Assembly (NCBI GenBank): GCA_900550445.1
Contig: URSF01000001.1
Coordinates: 223-64,222, forward strand
Reading direction: 5' to 3'
DNA: 64,000 nt
Source of the DNA: an uncultured Rhodospirillaceae bacterium
GTDB lineage: Bacteria; Pseudomonadota; Alphaproteobacteria; CAAGCB01; CAG-977
Shown: piece after piece, positions 1 through 9,291 of the stretch
Numbering within the stretch: the stretch's first letter is position 1
Layout: each line of letters opens with the position of its first letter
Program-made: the position numbers and the translations under genes
The notes under the pieces: generated by a model
Databases searched by the model: none
The model's input: only the letters and a program-made list of their open reading frames with translations
Told to the model about the DNA's origin: nothing

Positions 1-121
1 CGGACAGAAAACAAAACGGGGAAAACGCCGGAGGCGTATTAAAGAAAACTTTGGCAAAAACGAAGCGAATTCCTGCCCTTTCTTCGGAACAGGCCGTAGA
101 AATGCCCGGATCGGAAAATTT

Positions 122-613
122 TTAAAATAAGGGCAGTGTATTTTTATAATAGATCACGTCCAGATTTTCGTCGGGGCTGATCGGTTCATATCGTTTCGCA
201 AACAAATCAAAAGTGTTTTCATCAATTTCCAAAGCTGTCTGATCTGTCAGCGTTCTGTTCAGGACACGTTTTTTTGCCGTTTCCATGTCACATTCGATTT
301 GATGAAACAATAACGAATCGCAGAAATATTTCGCGCGTTCAACAGCGGCCCGCCGGCTCTGTCTGGACCAGAATCCGCGGTCAAAAATAACGTTTCCGCC
401 GGCGGAAACGATTCGTTCTCCCAATTTCCAGGTAAATTCAGATACTTTTTCATGAGCGGCACGGAATTGCTCCTCTGGCAGATTGCGGCCGAATAATTCG
501 CGCATGAATTCATCGTCATTTAAAATAACGGCGCTGTATTGCGCCGCCAGCCTGCGGGCAATCGTTGTTTTGCCAAAACCCATGTATCCGCAAAGAAAAT
601 GAATTGTCGGCAT
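122..613 (-). CDS. P-loop NTPase, AAA_33-like predicted kinase
   Basis: 163-aa ORF with Walker A GYMGFGKT immediately after the start. Size and layout match small ATP-binding kinase-like proteins. Its start lies 3 nt from the stop of 617..829. Confidence 0.6.
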   Translation of the reverse strand: MPTIHFLCGYMGFGKTTIARRLAAQYSAVILNDDEFMRELFGRNLPEEQFRAAHEKVSEFTWKLGERIVSAGGNVIFDRGFWSRQSRRAAVERAKYFCDSLLFHQIECDMETAKKRVLNRTLTDQTALEIDENTFDLFAKRYEPISPDENLDVIYYKNTLPLF

Positions 614-616
614 GGA

Positions 617-829
617 TCAATGCAATCCGTGTCTGGCAGAATGGAACAGGCTGTTTACTGATCCCCGCATTCCCCAAATATCGAAGAAATACAGGATTGC
701 CAGGATCAGGATAATCCATAAAGCGTATTGTTTGATAACGCGCAGTGTTTCCATAACAAAGCGCACGATTCCCTTAAATAAACCGGGAATCATTTCATTC
801 AGCAGGTAATTCAGATATTGTTTCATCAA
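617..829 (-). CDS. small hypothetical membrane protein
   Basis: 70-aa ORF with SD-like aaaggag upstream of the ATG. One hydrophobic stretch, ALWIILILAILYFF. Tightly coupled to the downstream P-loop gene. No family recognised. Confidence 0.4.
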   Translation of the reverse strand: MMKQYLNYLLNEMIPGLFKGIVRFVMETLRVIKQYALWIILILAILYFFDIWGMRGSVNSLFHSARHGLH

Positions 830-876
830 GACTCCTTTATGCCGGCGTTTTTTTAAGCCCGAACCTTTAAAGCGGA

Positions 877-910
877 TAAAAAATTCAGCTCTGAAAACTC
901 AGAGCTGAAT
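877..910 (-). terminator. rho-independent terminator after 978..1235
   Basis: Perfect 12-bp stem attcagctctga / tcagagctgaat with a 4-nt loop, followed on the minus strand by a T-run. Confidence 0.6.
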
Positions 911-977
911 CCTAAGAAGTTATTCTAACGGTAACAGACGATAACTGTGGTTTGGTTTCAGGGGACATCCGTCCCTG

Positions 978-1235
978 TCAGTCACTGTTATCAGAGGTAT
1001 CACCATTAGTAATACCACTGCCGCTGCCACCATTAGAAGTCGATGTCTTCCCGCTCGTTGCCAGATCTGCACCGAACGCGGTTGATTTTGCACTGCCGCG
1101 TCCCAGTTTAACAGCTTTGGCGATTACGATTGACGACGAATCGTCAAACGAACCGGAGGGAAGAACAGCTGCGTCGGCGCTGTGGCTCATCGCCATCAGG
1201 CAGACACCTGCTAAAATCAAACTTGATTTTTTCAT
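978..1235 (-). CDS. small secreted Gly/Ser-rich hypothetical protein
   Basis: 85-aa ORF with a strong SD (aggagg) 6 nt before the ATG. Signal peptide MKKSSLILAGVCLMAMSHSADA. Low-complexity acidic C-terminal tail. Hairpin terminator downstream. Confidence 0.55.
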   Translation of the reverse strand: MKKSSLILAGVCLMAMSHSADAAVLPSGSFDDSSSIVIAKAVKLGRGSAKSTAFGADLATSGKTSTSNGGSGSGITNGDTSDNSD

Positions 1236-1658
1236 CTCGTTCCTCCTAATGTCAGAAGATCAGAACATATTCCGACTCTTCATTTAATATTTTGTACATA
1301 AATGAAAAAAAATTCAAGTGGAAAACTGGAGCGGCTTTATTTCATTGATAAATTTAAATGTAAAAAGAAAAAAAATATTTGGCTTTTGTCATGGAATAAA
1401 GAAATAAAATAAGAACGAGAATAGAGAGTTTTACTTTTGTTTTTTTGAATGAAAATGATAAAGAAATTGTTTTTCTGTTAAAGAAGAAAAAATATGTTCG
1501 TTCAAATTTTAAACAAGCGCAGAAATGTTTGTCAAAAAACAGAAAGAAAAAACTATTTTTACTTTCTCTCCGTTTGTCCGCAAAACGGACTGCGGATTTT
1601 TACTATGAAAGGAAAAGGAAGTTGAACCGCAGAGTCTTTGACAACAAAGTAAAGTCTT

Positions 1659-2546
1659 TTATTTTTTTTCTGCGATGACTCTGAAACCCACGGTGTTATA
1701 TCCCATATTCGGCCGCCTGCCTTCTCCTGACATTGTTATTTTGCAAGAATTTGGGTTTGCATACCAGGATCCGCCCTTTACGGCATATACGGTTTGGCCT
1801 TTTTCGGCGCCGTTCGTCGCTGTGATTTGACTGCTTGTCCATTCCCAGACATTTCCCGACATGTCATAGACTCCAAAAGGACTTTTGCCGCCGGGGTATT
1901 GGTTGACAGGGGTCGTATACCCTCCGTTGTTCATGATTTTTTTAAATAAATCGGTATAAACAAAACCCGTATGGTTCTTATGATTGACCCAGCCCGTTAC
2001 GTATCCGTTTGAATTTATTGATATTACTTGATTTAACTGGATACTTTGGCCTTAATCGGGCGATCTGGGATTGTTGTATGTAACGATCGGGTTTTGTTTT
2101 AAGCAACTGGAGGCCGCTAATTTATTATAATTAAAATTATTGTCGTTGACTTGATTCCCCCATGGGAAAACATAATCTTTTTCACCTCTTGCCGCATATT
2201 CCTATTCGGCCGCCGTCGGAAGTCTGAAAGAATATTCGGGATATTTTTTTTCCAGCCATTTGCAATATGCGGCGGCGTCGTTATGTGAAACGAAAACGAC
2301 GGGGTGATTTTCTTTGCCGTTCGGATATGTGCCGTTTTTCTAATATTTTGGTTTTTTTGTTCCGGTATTATCGGTAAATATTTTATATTGAGCGTTTGTT
2401 ACGGGATATTGTCCGATGTAAAACGATTTTGTGTTGTCGCTCGCCGGGATTAAAATAAAATCAGTCAGATCATTTGCCGACGCGCTGCCGTGTATGAAAA
2501 AGAAAAGATTTATAAAAAACAAATAAAAAGGTAATTTTTTCCGCAT
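1659..2546 (-). pseudogene. FGE-sulfatase (SUMF1/formylglycine-generating enzyme family) domain protein, inactivated
   Basis: A single reading frame carries a signal peptide, then HPVVFVSHNDAAAYCKWL, RLPTAAE*EYAARGEKDYVFPWGN, and YDMSGNVWEWT...GGSWY...GFRV. It is interrupted by in-frame TAG (2340-2342), TAG (2202-2204, replacing the conserved Trp of the AEWEYA motif) and TAA (2052-2054). No frameshift seen. Confidence 0.75.
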
Positions 2547-2572
2547 AAATTATCCCGCGTTATTTTTACCTA

Positions 2573-2600
2573 TAAAAAAACGTCCGAGCCGGACGTTTTG
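2573..2600 (-). terminator. rho-independent terminator after tRNA-Met
   Basis: Hairpin acgtcc(gagcc)ggacgt directly 3-prime of the tRNA, followed on the minus strand by a run of 7 T. Confidence 0.55.
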
Positions 2601-2604
2601 CATA

Positions 2605-2681
2605 TGGTAGCGGAGGAGGGATTCGAACCCCCGACACGCGGATTATGATTCCGCTGCTCTAACCAACTGAGCTACTCCGCC
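2605..2681 (-). tRNA. tRNA-Met (CAU); could alternatively be tRNA-Ile2 if C34 is lysidinylated
   Basis: 77-nt cloverleaf GGCGGAGTAGCTCAGTTGGTTAGAGCAGCGGAATCATAATCCGCGTGTCGGGGGTTCGAATCCCTCCTCCGCTACCA. Anticodon loop is AUCAUAA. Canonical GTTCGAATC T-loop and encoded CCA. The anticodon stem lacks the initiator-type GGG/CCC. Confidence 0.9.
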
Positions 2682-2699
2682 ATCAATTGATGAGGTTTT

Positions 2700-3416
2700 T
2701 TACCGTGTTTTGGACGGACTGTCAATACGTTTCTTTGATCCCGGCTCTTTTTTCCCGCCGCCGGTTGCCGTGATCTGTTTTTCCAACGTTCTGACCTGCG
2801 CTTTTAATTCTTCCAGCGCTTTCATCATCGGATCTGTTTTTTCCGCGGCGTAGGCTTCAAAACATTTTTCCGTCTTTTTCCGGCAGCGCACGATTTGCGC
2901 CGGCACGCCGACGGCCGTGGCCGAATCGGGCACGTCCTTTAACACGACGGCGTTGGAACCGATGCGCGCGTCGTCTCCGATCATAATCGGCCCCAGCAGC
3001 TTTGCTCCCGCGCCGACAATGACGCGGTTGCCCAATGTCGGGTGGCGCTTGCCCTGGCTGGCGGACGTGCCGCCCAGCGTAACGCCGTGATACAGCGTAA
3101 CATCGTCGCCGATTTCTGCCGTTTCGCCGATAACAACGCCGGTCGCGTGATCAATAAACAGATTTTTGCCGATTCGGGCGGCGGGGTGAATGTCGACTCC
3201 GGTCAAAAAGCGTCCGAAAGCTGAAATCAGCCGCGCCGTTGTAAAAAAATTTTTTTTCCACAAATAATGAGCCAGGCGATACAGCATTATTGCGTGAAGT
3301 CCCGGATAACAAAGAAATACTTCGATTTTTGACCGCGCGGCCGGATCGCGCTGCAAAACCGAATCGGAATATTCGGACGCTTTTGAAAATATTTCTTTTG
3401 TCAGACGCTTGAACAT
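2700..3416 (-). CDS. cysE: serine O-acetyltransferase (short type)
   Basis: Hexapeptide-repeat core [42 protein letters not shown]...[20 protein letters not shown]-terminal coiled tail with a basic end. Confidence 0.9.
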   Translation of the reverse strand: MFKRLTKEIFSKASEYSDSVLQRDPAARSKIEVFLCYPGLHAIMLYRLAHYLWKKNFFTTARLISAFGRFLTGVDIHPAARIGKNLFIDHATGVVIGETAEIGDDVTLYHGVTLGGTSASQGKRHPTLGNRVIVGAGAKLLGPIMIGDDARIGSNAVVLKDVPDSATAVGVPAQIVRCRKKTEKCFEAYAAEKTDPMMKALEELKAQVRTLEKQITATGGGKKEPGSKKRIDSPSKTR

Positions 3417-3482
3417 TGTACCTTCATTTCGCTAATATGAACTTTTCTACAGCTTATAACCCACCCTTTGCAAGGTTTCAAT

Positions 3483-4190
3483 ATGCCAGAAATTATTTTT
3501 AACGGTCCTGAAGGACGATTGGAAGGCCGCTATCAGCCGGGAAACAGCGAAGAATCTCCGCTGGCTCTTATTCTTCACCCCCACCCGCAAATGCCGAACG
3601 GCAACATGAATAACCGGATAACGTATACGTTGTTTCAGACGTTCAGCGCTCTGGGGTTTGCCGTGCTGCGTTTTAATTTCCGCGGGGTCGGACGTTCGCA
3701 GGGCGTTTATGACGACGGGCAGGGCGAATTAGGCGACGCCGCCGCTGCTCTGGACTGGCTGCAAATGATGAACCGCAACGCCAAAACATGCTGGATCGCG
3801 GGATATTCTTTCGGCGCGTGGATCGGTATGCAGCTGTTAATGCGCCGTCCTGAAATTTCGGGATTTATTTCCGTGGCGCCCCCCGCTAATTCAAAGGATT
3901 TTTCGTTTCTGGCGCCTTGCCCGGCTTCCGGCTTGATCGTTCATGGCGGAGAAGACGAATTGATTCCCGAAGCTTCCGTCGCCGCTTTGGCCGATAAGCT
4001 GTCAGGGCAGCGCAATATCCATATTCGTTATGCGATGTTTCCTCACGCCGGCCACGATTTTGAAAACCATTTAAAGGATATCAGTCTGACCGTGCGCGAT
4101 TACGTGACGGATATTATGACCAGAAAACATAAAAAGTCGGTCAGGGGAAAAGGCGGCAAGAAAATCCGACCGAAAGAAAAAGAAGCTTAA
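3483..4190 (+). CDS. alpha/beta hydrolase family protein
   Basis: Nucleophile elbow GYSFGAW, plus LILHPHP and HGGEDELIP motifs. ATG at 3483 preferred over the TTG at 3468. Lys-rich C-terminal tail. Confidence 0.75.
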   Translation: MPEIIFNGPEGRLEGRYQPGNSEESPLALILHPHPQMPNGNMNNRITYTLFQTFSALGFAVLRFNFRGVGRSQGVYDDGQGELGDAAAALDWLQMMNRNAKTCWIAGYSFGAWIGMQLLMRRPEISGFISVAPPANSKDFSFLAPCPASGLIVHGGEDELIPEASVAALADKLSGQRNIHIRYAMFPHAGHDFENHLKDISLTVRDYVTDIMTRKHKKSVRGKGGKKIRPKEKEA

Positions 4191-4227
4191 AAAAAAGCCT
4201 GAACAAAAAAGTTCAGGCTTTTTTTTC
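4189..4227. terminator. bidirectional rho-independent terminator
   Basis: 9-bp stem agcctgaac / gttcaggct with an A-run on one side and a T-run on the other, between convergent genes. Confidence 0.7.
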
Positions 4228-4234
4228 AAAAGGA

Positions 4235-4879
4235 CTATCTGCGCCGCGGCATGTCCCCGGGGCGCAGATTCTTTTTCGGGTCTTTGAATTTAAACAGAGT
4301 TTCGTCCAATTTGGCGTTTGTTTCCATGTTGTCCAGCGTGACCAGCGTTGTAATTTGCTGCGCGTCGGTTACGCGCCATTGTTTTAAAGCCAAAGGTTTG
4401 TCTTTGAAAATCAAAGTGATATTGCCGGCCGCCGGCTGGTTTTCTTTGGTAACCGATACGGAAATCAAACCCGGTTCGGTTGAAAAATCCGTAATGGTCA
4501 GCCCTTCTTTTTCAAAGGAAAAGTTTTCCTTTAAAATCATGGCCGCCGGATTGTCGTCCAGATCCAGATAAGTGACCTGCTCTAATTTCTTGTCATGAAA
4601 AATCAGATAATACCCGTCGGCAATGACTTCGACCGGGTGGGGCGGGTCATATTCCAGCCGCATTTTGTTAGGTTTTAAAACATAAAAATTACCCTGTGCC
4701 GCCGCGCCGTTGTCGCTGGTCTGATAAAATTTGCTTTTGATCGTCCGAATCCCGTTAAAATAAGATTCTATTTTTTTAATCAGTTCCTGCTGCTGCCGTG
4801 TAAACGACTGCGCCGGAGCTGTCTGAGCGTCGGCGGCGGACGTCATGAAAAACAGACAAAGAAGAAGGATTTTGAACAT
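4235..4879 (-). CDS. lolA: outer-membrane lipoprotein carrier protein LolA
   Basis: Signal peptide followed by a LolA-like pattern: F.Q......G.FY..KP.KMRLEY..P....I.DG... Confidence 0.8.
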   Translation of the reverse strand: MFKILLLCLFFMTSAADAQTAPAQSFTRQQQELIKKIESYFNGIRTIKSKFYQTSDNGAAAQGNFYVLKPNKMRLEYDPPHPVEVIADGYYLIFHDKKLEQVTYLDLDDNPAAMILKENFSFEKEGLTITDFSTEPGLISVSVTKENQPAAGNITLIFKDKPLALKQWRVTDAQQITTLVTLDNMETNAKLDETLFKFKDPKKNLRPGDMPRRR

Positions 4880-4922
4880 CGTCTTTTCCCATTTGTTTTT
4901 TTATTCAGCCACTTTAACAGGT

Positions 4923-7238
4923 TTATCGGTTGTCGGGTACTAAAATTTCGCGTTTGCCCGCATGACTGGGGGCGGAGATGACACCCTGCGCTTCCATCTG
5001 GTCGATCAGGTCCGCGGCGCGATTGTAACCGATACGCAGCTGACGCTGAATATAACTGGTCGATACTTTTCTGTCGCGCAGAACGATGGCGACGGCTTTG
5101 TCATACAGACTGGCGTCTTCCGCTCCGTCCATGTTGACGGTTGTGTCGCCGGCGGATTCCGGCGGTTCTTCGGTGACGGATTGTTCGTATTCGGGAACGC
5201 CTTGCAGACGCAGATGCGCGGTGACGGCTTCGACTTCCGCATCGCTGACAAACGGTCCGTGCAGACGAACCGGACGCTGTCCCTGCGCCAGGTAAAGCAT
5301 ATCGCCGCGGCCCAGCAGCTGTTCGGCGCCTTGTTCGCCCAAGATTGTGCGGCTGTCGATTTTTGTCGTTAAACGGAAGCTGATACGTTCTGGAAAATTG
5401 GCTTTGATCGTTCCCGTAATGACGTCAACGGAAGGACGTTGAGTCGCCAAAACCAGATGAATCCCCGCCGCACGCGCTTTTTGGGCAATGCGCTGAACGG
5501 CGATTTCGATTTCTTTGCCGGCCGTAACCATCAGATCCGCCATTTCGTCAACAATGACGACGATATATGGGAAAGGCTTTAAGTTCAGCGGCTGTTCTTC
5601 GTAAATAGGTTCGCCGTTGTCATAACCGGTTAAGACGGTGCGCGTCATCGGTTCTTTTGCGTCAATCATTTCTTTGATTTTGGCATTGTAACCATCAATG
5701 TTGCGCACGCCCAGTTCGCTCATTTGGCGGTAACGGTCGTCCATTTCCCGCACGGCCCAATTCAAAGCCAAAACGGCTTTTTTCGGATCGGTGACAACAG
5801 GCGTCAGCAGATGCGGAATACCGTTGTAAACGGACAATTCCAGCATTTTCGGGTCAACCATGATCAGGCGCACCTGTTCGGGCGTCAGACGGTAGATTAA
5901 AGAAAGAATCATTGTGTTGATCGCGACGGATTTTCCCGATCCCGTCGTGCCGGCGACCAGCAGGTGGGGCATTTTCGCCAGATCGGCAAACGTCGGCTTT
6001 CCGCCGATGTCCTTGCCCAGAGCCAGCAAAAGCGGCTTTGTCGCGTTTTTAAATTCGTCGCAGGCAAACATTTCCTTTAAATAAACGTCGGCGCGTTTTT
6101 CGTTAGGCATTTCGATGCCGATCACGCTTTGCCCCGGAACGACGGCGATACGGACGGACAAAGCGCTCATCGACCGGGCGATATCGTCCGCCAGATTGAT
6201 GACCCGCGTCGTTTTAATACCCGGTGCCGGTTCCAGTTCGAACAAAGTGACGACAGGGCCGGGGCGGACGTTGACGATTTCGCCTTTTACGCCGTATTCT
6301 TCCAGCACGCCTTCCAGCTGACGGGCGCGTTTTTCCAGATAATCGCGGGAAACGGCGGCGTCCTTGTCGATTTTCGGTTTTGCCAGAAAATCAAGTTTGG
6401 GCAAATGAAACTGCCGGGCGTATTCGCGCTGTTCCCGGATTGACTTTAACGGAGAAGGTTTAGCCGGCTGTTTGGCGGTATGTTGCGCCTGCGGTTGTTC
6501 TTTTTCTTCCAGATTTAACTCGCCTTGTTCGGCAAACAGACTCTGCGGCAGCTCTTCGGGCAATTTTTGTTCGCCCGCGGATTTTTCCGCGCCGTCGGCA
6601 CGCCGTATTTTACGCCAGATAAACACGGCCGCGGTTTTTATCAGCCGCCCCAGTCCGGCCGTCCAACGCTTGACCAGATAAAAAGGAATCCCCAATGTGG
6701 AAGCCAGACCGAACACCGCGGCGACAAAGACGACCGGCAGCATCAGGTATTCCAGATAAGGCATGTACGCCGCGTTTAATCCGTGGATCAGCGGGTGATA
6801 AAAAGCCGGCATGACCGCACCGGAAAAACCGGCCAGAACGGGCGAGAACGAAACGGCGGGCAGAGCGGAAAATAACACCAGCAGAAGAAACAGAGTCGGA
6901 ATGAAGCATAAGACGCGCAGGATTTGAAATTTATGCCATTTCAGTCGCGCAATTAAAATCCCCCAGGCCATTAAAGCCAAAGGAAACAGCACGGCGCCCA
7001 ATCCGAAATACTGCCACAGCAGATCTGCGCAGACGGCGCCGAATCCGCCCAAAGCGTTTTGCGGCAGATTGCCCGACGCCGTGTTCAGCGAAGGATCCGT
7101 CGAATCATACGTTGTCAGAGCCGCTGCCAGAGCCAATCCGGCGGCGATTAACGCCGCTCCGCAGCAGCGTATGGCCAGTTTATGGAAAAAGACCTTTAAG
7201 GTATCGGGTAAAAACGTATGTTTTTCAGAGCTAATCAT
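4923..7238 (-). CDS. ftsK: DNA translocase FtsK
   Basis: 771 aa. N-terminal TM helices, Pro/Gln-rich linker, motor domain with Walker A GTTGSGKS, and a C-terminal gamma domain (YIQRQLRIGYNRAA). Confidence 0.95.
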   Translation of the reverse strand: MISSEKHTFLPDTLKVFFHKLAIRCCGAALIAAGLALAAALTTYDSTDPSLNTASGNLPQNALGGFGAVCADLLWQYFGLGAVLFPLALMAWGILIARLKWHKFQILRVLCFIPTLFLLLVLFSALPAVSFSPVLAGFSGAVMPAFYHPLIHGLNAAYMPYLEYLMLPVVFVAAVFGLASTLGIPFYLVKRWTAGLGRLIKTAAVFIWRKIRRADGAEKSAGEQKLPEELPQSLFAEQGELNLEEKEQPQAQHTAKQPAKPSPLKSIREQREYARQFHLPKLDFLAKPKIDKDAAVSRDYLEKRARQLEGVLEEYGVKGEIVNVRPGPVVTLFELEPAPGIKTTRVINLADDIARSMSALSVRIAVVPGQSVIGIEMPNEKRADVYLKEMFACDEFKNATKPLLLALGKDIGGKPTFADLAKMPHLLVAGTTGSGKSVAINTMILSLIYRLTPEQVRLIMVDPKMLELSVYNGIPHLLTPVVTDPKKAVLALNWAVREMDDRYRQMSELGVRNIDGYNAKIKEMIDAKEPMTRTVLTGYDNGEPIYEEQPLNLKPFPYIVVIVDEMADLMVTAGKEIEIAVQRIAQKARAAGIHLVLATQRPSVDVITGTIKANFPERISFRLTTKIDSRTILGEQGAEQLLGRGDMLYLAQGQRPVRLHGPFVSDAEVEAVTAHLRLQGVPEYEQSVTEEPPESAGDTTVNMDGAEDASLYDKAVAIVLRDRKVSTSYIQRQLRIGYNRAADLIDQMEAQGVISAPSHAGKREILVPDNR

Positions 7239-7301
7239 TATCGTCCGCAGATTAAAAAAAGAATCTGCTTCCTTTATGACATTAAAAAGTAAAAGCTCCG
7301 T

Positions 7302-7940
7302 TTAATTTATCCGGCCGTCCGAATTCATATCCAGCAGCAGCAGGAGCGTATCATAGAATTTTTGCGGCTGAGCACATTCCAGCAACGCTTGTTTTTCCGC
7401 CGGCGTAAACGGCAGAACCGAGGCCAGAGTCATTAAAATCTGTTCGTCGGGCATTTGCTTTAACATATCCGACGTCAGATCGATTTTGTTGGAATAAGCG
7501 TAGAAATCAAGCTTTGCAAAGAGTTCTTTTTTGTTAAATTTAAATTCGCCCAGATTAAAATCCGCGGCAAAGGGGGCAAAATCAACGAAAGCGTCGCGGT
7601 AAATGCCGTTATGATCCGTTTCTTTGACAACATTGAACCGCGCAATGCCCGTCAACGTAATCAACAGCGTGTCGTTTGACTCCGTAAAGCTGGAAATCCG
7701 CCCCGCGCAGCCCGTTTTATACAGAGGAGAAACTTTCATCGGCATATCCTGCTGTGTCGGCTGTACCATGCCGATCAGACGCGAGGCGGCCAACGCGTTA
7801 AAAACCAGACGGATATAACGCATTTCGTAAATACGCAGATTCAACTTTGTTTCCGGAAATAAAAACGCTCCGGAAAACGGCAAAACCGGCAGATTGGCGG
7901 GCAGTTCCACCATTGTGATGTCAAAGATACTGTTGCTCAT
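7302..7940 (-). CDS. LON substrate-binding (N-terminal) domain protein
   Basis: LPVLPFSGAFLFPETKLNLRIYEMRYIRLV is the typical opening of stand-alone Lon N-domain proteins. Confidence 0.75.
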   Translation of the reverse strand: MSNSIFDITMVELPANLPVLPFSGAFLFPETKLNLRIYEMRYIRLVFNALAASRLIGMVQPTQQDMPMKVSPLYKTGCAGRISSFTESNDTLLITLTGIARFNVVKETDHNGIYRDAFVDFAPFAADFNLGEFKFNKKELFAKLDFYAYSNKIDLTSDMLKQMPDEQILMTLASVLPFTPAEKQALLECAQPQKFYDTLLLLLDMNSDGRIN

Positions 7941-7951
7941 TTCCGCCGTCC

Positions 7952-8860
7952 CTATGAAAACAGAAGAGAAGACAGCTTACGCCGTCCGGCCACAGTCACC
8001 GGGTTTGTCTGTCCCAACGCCGCAAAAATCTGAAACAGCTGCTGTCTGGCGGCGTCATTGTTCCATTCGCGTTCCGTTTTAATGATTTCGATCAGCTGGT
8101 CGATCGCCTGTTCGGCCTGTCCGGCGGCGAATAAAGCACGGGCATAGTCATATTTGACCTGCAGATCGTCCGGATTTTGCTCTGCTTTTTGTTTTAAATC
8201 ATCGGGATCCGGCGCGTTTTGAGAATCCAAAGCCAGTTTCAGAGCCGTCTTGGCCGCTTCCAGTTCGGGGCTTTTGACCGATGCGTCCAGCCCGTCTGCC
8301 AGATCTTGCGCTGCATCCAGCTGTTTAAGCCGGATAAAGCATCGTATCATGCCGGCAAAGGCGGCGGGATTTGTTTCGTCTTTTTCCAAAACGGCGGCAT
8401 AGGTTTCCAAAGCTTCCTGCGCCTGTCCGGCATTGAGCTTTTCGGCGGCGTTTTTCAGCATTTCGTCCAACGACAGCGCCGCTTTTCCGATCAACGCCTG
8501 CATGACGGTTTTTAACTGGGTTTCGGGAATGGCGCCGGCAAATCCGTCGACCAATCCGCCTTTGGCAAAGATCATTGTTGTCGGGACGCTTTGGATTCCC
8601 AGCTGTATAGCCAGCTGCTGAACTTGCGCGACGTCGAATTTAACCAGAACGGCTTTGCCGTCGGCCAGCCGGACATATTTTTCCAGCAGCTGCCCGAACT
8701 GTTCGCAGGCCGGGTTTTGCGGCGATAAAAAATAAGCCAGAACGACGCGGTTTTTGGAATCGTCGACAACATCGGCTTTGAACGATTGCATGGAACCTGT
8801 TTTGACAACATTATCCTGCGGTGCGGCGACATTGTTTAAATCTTCAAAAATCAAAGCCAT
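7952..8860 (-). CDS. thioredoxin-fold / TPR co-chaperone (YbbN-like)
   Basis: N-terminal thioredoxin-like domain without a CxxC motif (SPQNPACEQF), followed by TPR-like helical repeats. Confidence 0.8.
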   Translation of the reverse strand: MALIFEDLNNVAAPQDNVVKTGSMQSFKADVVDDSKNRVVLAYFLSPQNPACEQFGQLLEKYVRLADGKAVLVKFDVAQVQQLAIQLGIQSVPTTMIFAKGGLVDGFAGAIPETQLKTVMQALIGKAALSLDEMLKNAAEKLNAGQAQEALETYAAVLEKDETNPAAFAGMIRCFIRLKQLDAAQDLADGLDASVKSPELEAAKTALKLALDSQNAPDPDDLKQKAEQNPDDLQVKYDYARALFAAGQAEQAIDQLIEIIKTEREWNNDAARQQLFQIFAALGQTNPVTVAGRRKLSSLLFS

Positions 8861-9022
8861 GGATTACCCCGTAAGAATAGAAACGATAAGCGCGAAAAAT
8901 TTCAGCGGTCATCATCATATATGAAAAATCAGCCGATTAAAACGGGAAATAAGCATATTTGTCGGATATAACCGTTTGAAACGTCCGGTTTAAAAAAAAG
9001 TTGTTAAAAACAAAAATTTTTG

Positions 9023-9050
9023 TTGCAAAAGCGGAAACAGTCGTTATAAT
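9023..9050 (+). promoter_or_regulatory. sigma70-type promoter of tRNA-Gly
   Basis: TTGCAA, 16-nt spacer, TATAAT. The -10 element ends 21 nt before the tRNA 5-prime end. Confidence 0.5.
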
Positions 9051-9071
9051 CCGGCAATGTAAAAACGGAGC

Positions 9072-9146
9072 GCGGGTGTAGCTCAGGGGTAGAGCGCAAC
9101 CTTGCCAAGGTTGATGTCGAGGGTTCAAATCCCTTCGCCCGCTCCA
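9072..9146 (+). tRNA. tRNA-Gly (GCC)
   Basis: 75-nt cloverleaf GCGGGTGTAGCTCAGGGGTAGAGCGCAACCTTGCCAAGGTTGATGTCGAGGGTTCAAATCCCTTCGCCCGCTCCA. Anticodon loop is UUGCCAA. Confidence 0.95.
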
Positions 9147-9147
9147 A

Positions 9148-9181
9148 TAAAAAAAGACCACTTTTAAAGTGGTCTTTTTTT
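9148..9181. terminator. bidirectional rho-independent terminator
   Basis: 9-bp stem agaccactt / aagtggtct flanked by an A-run and a T-run. Confidence 0.7.
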
Positions 9182-9183
9182 AT

Positions 9184-9236
9184 TGGATACAGGCAGGGGG
9201 CTTGAACCCTCGGGTTCGGCCGAAGTATGGCAAACA
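9184..9236 (-). other. tRNA 3-prime-half-like fragment (T-arm-like plus ...TCCA end), no matching 5-prime half
   Basis: The minus strand reads ...CCGAACCCGAGGGTTCAAGCCCCCTGCCTGTATCCA. An 11-mer, CGAGGGTTCAA, is identical to the tRNA-Gly T arm but in inverted orientation. I could not build an acceptor stem partner. Confidence 0.3.
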
Positions 9237-9261
9237 AAATATTCTTGGCACTTTAAACGAA

Positions 9262-9288
9262 AAAGCCGGGTATAAAACCCGGCTTTTA
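9262..9288 (-). terminator. rho-independent terminator after the tRNA-Asp-like gene
   Basis: The minus strand reads aagccggg-ttttata-cccggctt followed by TTTT, starting 6 nt after the CCA. Confidence 0.55.
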
Positions 9289-9291
9289 AAT

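Noticed and set aside
1445-1678. 77-aa Lys-rich ORF in the AT-rich spacer.
   Set aside because: Its composition simply mirrors A-rich DNA (KKKK, RKKK runs). It has no SD and overlaps the pseudogene end.
2052-2342. The three in-frame stops in the FGE-sulfatase gene as programmed read-through or a reassigned codon.
   Set aside because: TAG and TAA are used as genuine terminators by neighbouring well-conserved genes (for example TAG at 44001-44003 and 60680-60682). One TAG replaces an invariant Trp by a single G-to-A change, as expected for decay.
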